DNA from: Catajapyx aquilonaris
Lineage: Eukaryota
DNA: 64,000 bases
Reading direction: 5' to 3'
Assembly: GCA_000934665.2 (NCBI GenBank)
Contig: JYFJ02001109.1
Span: forward strand, 1 to 64,000
The notes under the pieces were generated by a model that was given only the letters and a program-made list of their open reading frames with translations, was not told the origin of the DNA and made no database searches. This document shows, piece by piece, positions 59,095 through 64,000 of this stretch. Each line of letters begins with the position of its first letter. Within the stretch, counting starts at the first letter, position 1. Position numbers and translations under genes: made by a program.

Positions 59095-59310
59095 CAGGGT
59101 GTTCCAGATTCTTGGGTCACTTTTTGATAACTGATATCGCCGGATAGCAGTTATTTTTGTAGCTTGTTGTGCCCATATTCTATAACTACTACTATAGAAT
59201 CACGTATATAGAATGGAGCGCAAGGTTAGGGGCACAACTAGCTACAACAAATAACTGCTATCGGGCAATATCAGTTATCAAAAAGTGACCCACGAATCTG
59301 GAACATCCTG
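59095..59310. mobile_element. Tc1/mariner-type MITE (216 bp, ~80-bp TIRs)
   Basis: TA|CAGGGTGTTCCAGATTC .. GAATCTGGAACATCCTG|TA. Confidence 0.88.
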
Positions 59311-59559
59311 TATAACTACGTGTATATAACCTTATCATATAATTAATATTAATTCCGTATACAACATAACAATTATATAATTACAATATAATAATTAAAC
59401 TATTAGTAGAAGTGTTTGGTTAATTATACTACGTAATAAATATAAGTTATATAATAACAATATAATTTAACTATCAGAAGTGATTAATTATATAAGCTTA
59501 TTGTCTATTTATTGTGTATATTTTATCTGCCTATTTATTGCATCTATTTTATTTGTCTA

Positions 59560-60000
59560 TTGTAGTCCATTATTTTTATATATCTATTGTAGCCATTATT
59601 TCTATATATTATTTTAGCTATTTTATTTTTATTCTAACTATTTATTTTTCAACCACTTAAAAAATAAATAACTGTTTTAAAATGTAAATTTTCGCCCAAT
59701 TTTACACGTGCCTATCTATTATTTGTATATATCTATTGTAGGCTATTATTTCTATATATTATTTTAGCTATTTCATTCTAACTATGTATTTTTCAACCAC
59801 TTAAAAAATAAATAACCGTTTTAAACTGTAAATTTTCGCCCAATTTTTCACGTGACTATCTATTATTAAAATTATTCGATTATTTGATATATATTGTTAT
59901 AGCTATTTATGCTATTATATATTATAACTATTTTTCATCCGCTTAAAAAAAATAAATAGCCATATTTTAAAATGTAACTTTTCGCCCAATTTTTCAAGTG
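59560..60000. repeat. AT-rich ~145-bp tandem repeat x3
   Basis: CTTAAAAAATAAATAAC..TGTAAATTTTCGCCCAATTTT repeated three times. Confidence 0.8.
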
Positions 60001-60536
60001 CCAGCTGCTTACTCATTACAAGAAAATCTCCCCACCTGAATAATGTAGGCCATTAGGCAAATCTCGCGCAGATGCGCCTCCCTCAGAAAATAAAAGTTTT
60101 CTATCATATCCAGAACAAAAGGAGCAAGATTCATCTGGGAACAAGTTTCTTGATTTTAATTGTTCCTAGAGGGCGTGTGTATGTTCTCCGCTCCATTTTT
60201 TTTGAGTTTAAAATATATATTTTTTTTTGTTTAATGATCATGTGGGTTCCATCTCCGTGGGGCCCCCATTAAATCTTTTCTTTTGAGACCGGATGTATCT
60301 TAAGCGAGAAGCATATGACGACACGCTATGCAGCTGTTCAGAGATGAGAGATTCCATATCCTGGAAGCTTCCCTCCCGCGTCCTGAAGGAATGCGCCATC
60401 TTGATTCTGGATTTTTTTAAATGCAGATATATCCGGTTGGATTGTATTCAACAAAGGTAGTAAATATTCATGTGTGATTGGACATGGCCCAAGTGACTAG
60501 GAAATGTTGAGATGAATCGTGGGAATCAAAAATTGG

Positions 60537-61385
60537 TTGTCACGTACCGTCACGGTGGAGGAAACGTGTCACGTATCATCACGATTGAAGCAACTGTCAT
60601 GCTTTGTCCATAGAATTTGATCCTATTTTATACGTACGAAATTTAGTTTTGGAATGTCACGGGACGTCACATTGGGTCATACTGTCACGTACCGTCACGA
60701 CTGTCATGCTTTGTCCATAAAATTTGATCCCATTTTGTACGTACAAAATTTTGTTTGAAAATGTCACGGGACGTCACACTGGATCATACTGTCACGTACC
60801 GTCACGATTGAAGCGACTGTCATGATTTGTCCATAAAATTTGATCCCATTTTGTACGTACAAAATTTTGTTTGGGAATGTCACGGGACGTCACACTGGGT
60901 CATACTGTCACGTACCGTCACGATTGAAGCGACTGTCATGATTTGTCCATAAAATTTGATCATACTTTATACGTACAAAATTTTGTTTGGGAATGTCACG
61001 GGACGTCACATTGGGTCATACTGTCACGTACCGTCACGATTGAAGCGACTGTCATGCCTTGTCCATAAAATTTGATCCCATTTTATAGGTACAAAATTTT
61101 GTTTGGAAATGTCACGGGACGTCACACTGTCACGGTGCGTCACGATGGACCAATCGTCACGTACATTCACGATCGGAGCAACTGTCACTGTCAACATAAT
61201 TTGATCCAATTATATACGAAATTTTAGTTGGGAGGTCACGGGACGTCACACTGGGCGCAATGTCACGTACCGTCACGATCGGAGCAACTGTCACGTTTTG
61301 TCGACAAAATTTGATTACATTTTAAAATATGAAAAATTTGGTTAGGAATGTCACGGGACGTCACGCTGGACGTCACGGGTCAAGG
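60537..61385. repeat. 116-bp tandem satellite, ~7 copies
   Basis: GTCACGTACCGTCACG at 60791, 60907 and 61023 (116-bp period). Confidence 0.92.
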
Positions 61386-61429
61386 TGCGTCATGCCTGCT
61401 TCATAAGCACTAACAGCGTGACTGTCCAT

Positions 61430-61930
61430 AAGAAATAGTTCGACATATTGATACTATGTTTGCCGATATCGGCACAATTCAAATAGAGTCTTGATATATT
61501 GGTATCGATAGAAAATTGTTCATATCGGGAGCAGATTCCAATATCTAACGATATACTATCGCATTGTACTATGACATAGGCTATAAATATTGAAATCAAA
61601 TATCGACAGCGAACAAGATGGGGAGAAGGTATCAATAACACAAGGCGATATCGACGTGCAATTACGATATCAATATTAGATATCCACCGATTTAATAGTG
61701 AAATAATTATTATCTATAACTTCAAAACGAAAAGTTCAACAACGATAGCGGATTCCGATATATCGATAGTTTCCTGTCATATTGACATTGGAATCATTTA
61801 TTCACACCGAACAATATCGGTTGCCGATATCAATAGCTCGAGTCGATATCAACATGCAAGATATCGGACGATTTAATAGCAAGACTCACATTGTTTTCTT
61901 CACTTTCTCTTGATATCGATCGTACTATCG
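61430..61930. repeat. Degenerate CGATATC tract
   Basis: Dense GATATCG/TATCGATA words. Confidence 0.6.
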
Positions 61931-62679
61931 GCCTCTTAAATTTGGGGCATCACCATCTGGTAGCGATACCATCAACAACGACGTGCAACTCCATTATTCA
62001 TCTCCGAATAACCATCTTCTGGTCATTAAATTCCTTAGAGAGCCTTAAACCGCCATTTTCCTTCCGCACTGGGATCACCCAAAATGGCCACTTTAGACTC
62101 CCCATACTAAAGACGGTACTATCGCTCAGGGAATGATGATGACTCCCGACCTCAAATGTTAAGAAATTTATCCTCGCCATGTTGCCAAAGCACATTTTCG
62201 TGACTCTAAACCAGCTCCCGTGTAAACAATCAACAAGAATTACGACCGGTATCGATGTGTCTAATTAGAATCGGTCAAACCGGTTTCGCATTTCATTGGC
62301 TCGTTAGAGGTTCAAGGTCATTTCGAGCAGCATTCTTTGCTACTTTGTTTGCTCCTGGCCTTTATAAATGATGAAAAATATTCGCCATTACTCACATTCT
62401 TGACGTGTATTATTGATCGATCAGATCGTCCGTGGAAGGGAATGGGGGGGGGGGGGGGGGGGGGGGGNGAATTATAATTAGAGATTTTCCGGATTCCAGA
62501 TTCCATAAAATTACATGAAAATCCTGTTATTACAATCTGGCGTTTTAATTGGCTTTAAAAAATTTGCCTCGCCAGCGCCACACGCGCGATTACGTGAATT
62601 ACAAAGAGCGATGACCTTAGCGTGACACGTCAAGGTCGTCACATCGTTGACCTCAATAAAACTGTTTTCGCATCACCAT

Positions 62680-63810
62680 TTCGGCTGATAGCTATTATTC
62701 TTGCTGAGAAATATTATTCGGGTAGTAACCAATTTTCTAACTGATAGCTACTATTTCAGGTGATATCCATTATTCCTGTTAACAGCTATTAATCTAGCTA
62801 ATAGCTATTATCCCTGGAAAATAGCCGGAATTTGCAAATCACATGACTCATTCTTCCGACTGATAGCTATTATTCCAGGTAATAACGATTAGTCAAGGTA
62901 ATAACTAATATTCCGGCTAATAGCTATTTCCGGGAAAATAGCCGGAATTAGAAATTTGCAAATTTCACATGAAACACTGTTTCGACTGATAGCTATTGTT
63001 CCAACTAACAGCTATTAAGCCTGTTATTAGCTACTATTCCGGCCAATGGCTATTATGGGAAAATTGTCGGAATTTGCAAGAATAATTTCAAATGTAGCAC
63101 TATTCCGGTTGTTATAACTACTATTCCGGTCGATAGCTACTAATTCGGCTGATAACTAATACCCCACCCTGACCCCACCTATTCCGGCTGATATGTTATT
63201 CCTGTTAATAGCTCTTAATCTGGATATTAGTTATTATTCCGGGAAAATAGCCGGAATGTGACAATTTCACATGACGCACTCTTCCGACTGATAGCTATTA
63301 TTCCAGCTAATAACCTGTTTAATAGCTGTTGTTCCAGGAAAGTTGTCGGAATATGCAATTAGCAGATTTCTAATGACGCACTCTTCCGACTGCTACTATT
63401 CCACCTCATAGCTCGCATTCCTGCTGATAACTAATATTCCTACTAATGGCTATTATTCCAGCTAATAACTATTAATCCTGCTAATAGCTGTTATTCCAGG
63501 AAAATTGCCGGAATATGCAAGAAATTAGCAGATTTCCAATGACGCACTATTCCAACTGCTATTCCACTTAATAGCTGGTATTCCTGCTGATAACTACTAT
63601 TCCGACTGGTGGCTATTATTCCAGCTAATAACTATTGTTAATAGCTGTTATTCCAGGAAAATTGCCGGAATATGCAAGAAATTAGCAGCTTTCCCAATGA
63701 CGCACTATTCCACCTAACAGCTGGTATTCCTTCTGATAACTAATAATCCGACTAATAGCTATTTCCCGGGATGGTCCGGAATTTGCAAGAAATTGCCAAA
63801 TTTCACATGA
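62680..63810. repeat. Degenerate GCTATTATTCC/GCTAATA satellite
   Basis: Recurring TAGCTATTATTCC and GGAAAATWGCCGGAAT..CATGACGCACT blocks. Confidence 0.8.
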
Positions 63811-64000
63811 CGTCACTTCCGGCCAGTTTGCTCATGCGCAACGACTCGTAACATTTGCGCAAAAATTTTAGCCTGGAACAGACAACACTGGCGAAAAAAA
63901 AAATCGCCAAAAAAATTTAACCCCTGCAAAAATATTTCAACAAATATTTTTCGTGCCAAATCTACCCGAGTTTTTGGGTTACGTCTGGACAAACATGGTC

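Noticed and set aside
21780..62470. Long poly-G/poly-C runs with N bases (21796, 28025-28030, 62468) as G-quadruplex features
   Set aside because: Homopolymer lengths are uncertain at ambiguous base calls, and such runs are common throughout the window.

Overview
Eukaryotic (most likely arthropod) genomic DNA that is very repeat-rich. It holds one protein-coding gene, on the minus strand: a 7-exon gene (CDS 54330->44180, 737 aa as I spliced it by hand, all GT-AG junctions phase-consistent) encoding a two-PDZ-domain scaffold resembling Drosophila Arc and PDZD2/IL-16-type PDZ proteins. Almost all other ORF-track entries are translations of minisatellites or chance ORFs. The rest is a mosaic of non-autonomous elements with short unique islands between them: a Helitron; hAT-, Tc1/mariner-, Kolobok- and CMC-like MITEs; two tRNA-derived SINE families; and many satellite arrays. 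The most notable structures are (1) a P-element-like MITE 'chassis' (CAAGGGGTTA..TAACCCCTTG ends, 8-bp TSDs) carrying at least four interchangeable microsatellite cargoes, (2) two SINE families sharing a structurally conserved but sequence-variable 3' hairpin tail, (3) one SINE copy carrying an antisense RTE-5'UTR-like pseudoknotted RNA module, and (4) a palindromic repeat array whose inner spacer occurs in both orientations. Family assignments come from terminal/TSD signatures and recalled consensus motifs, not database searches.
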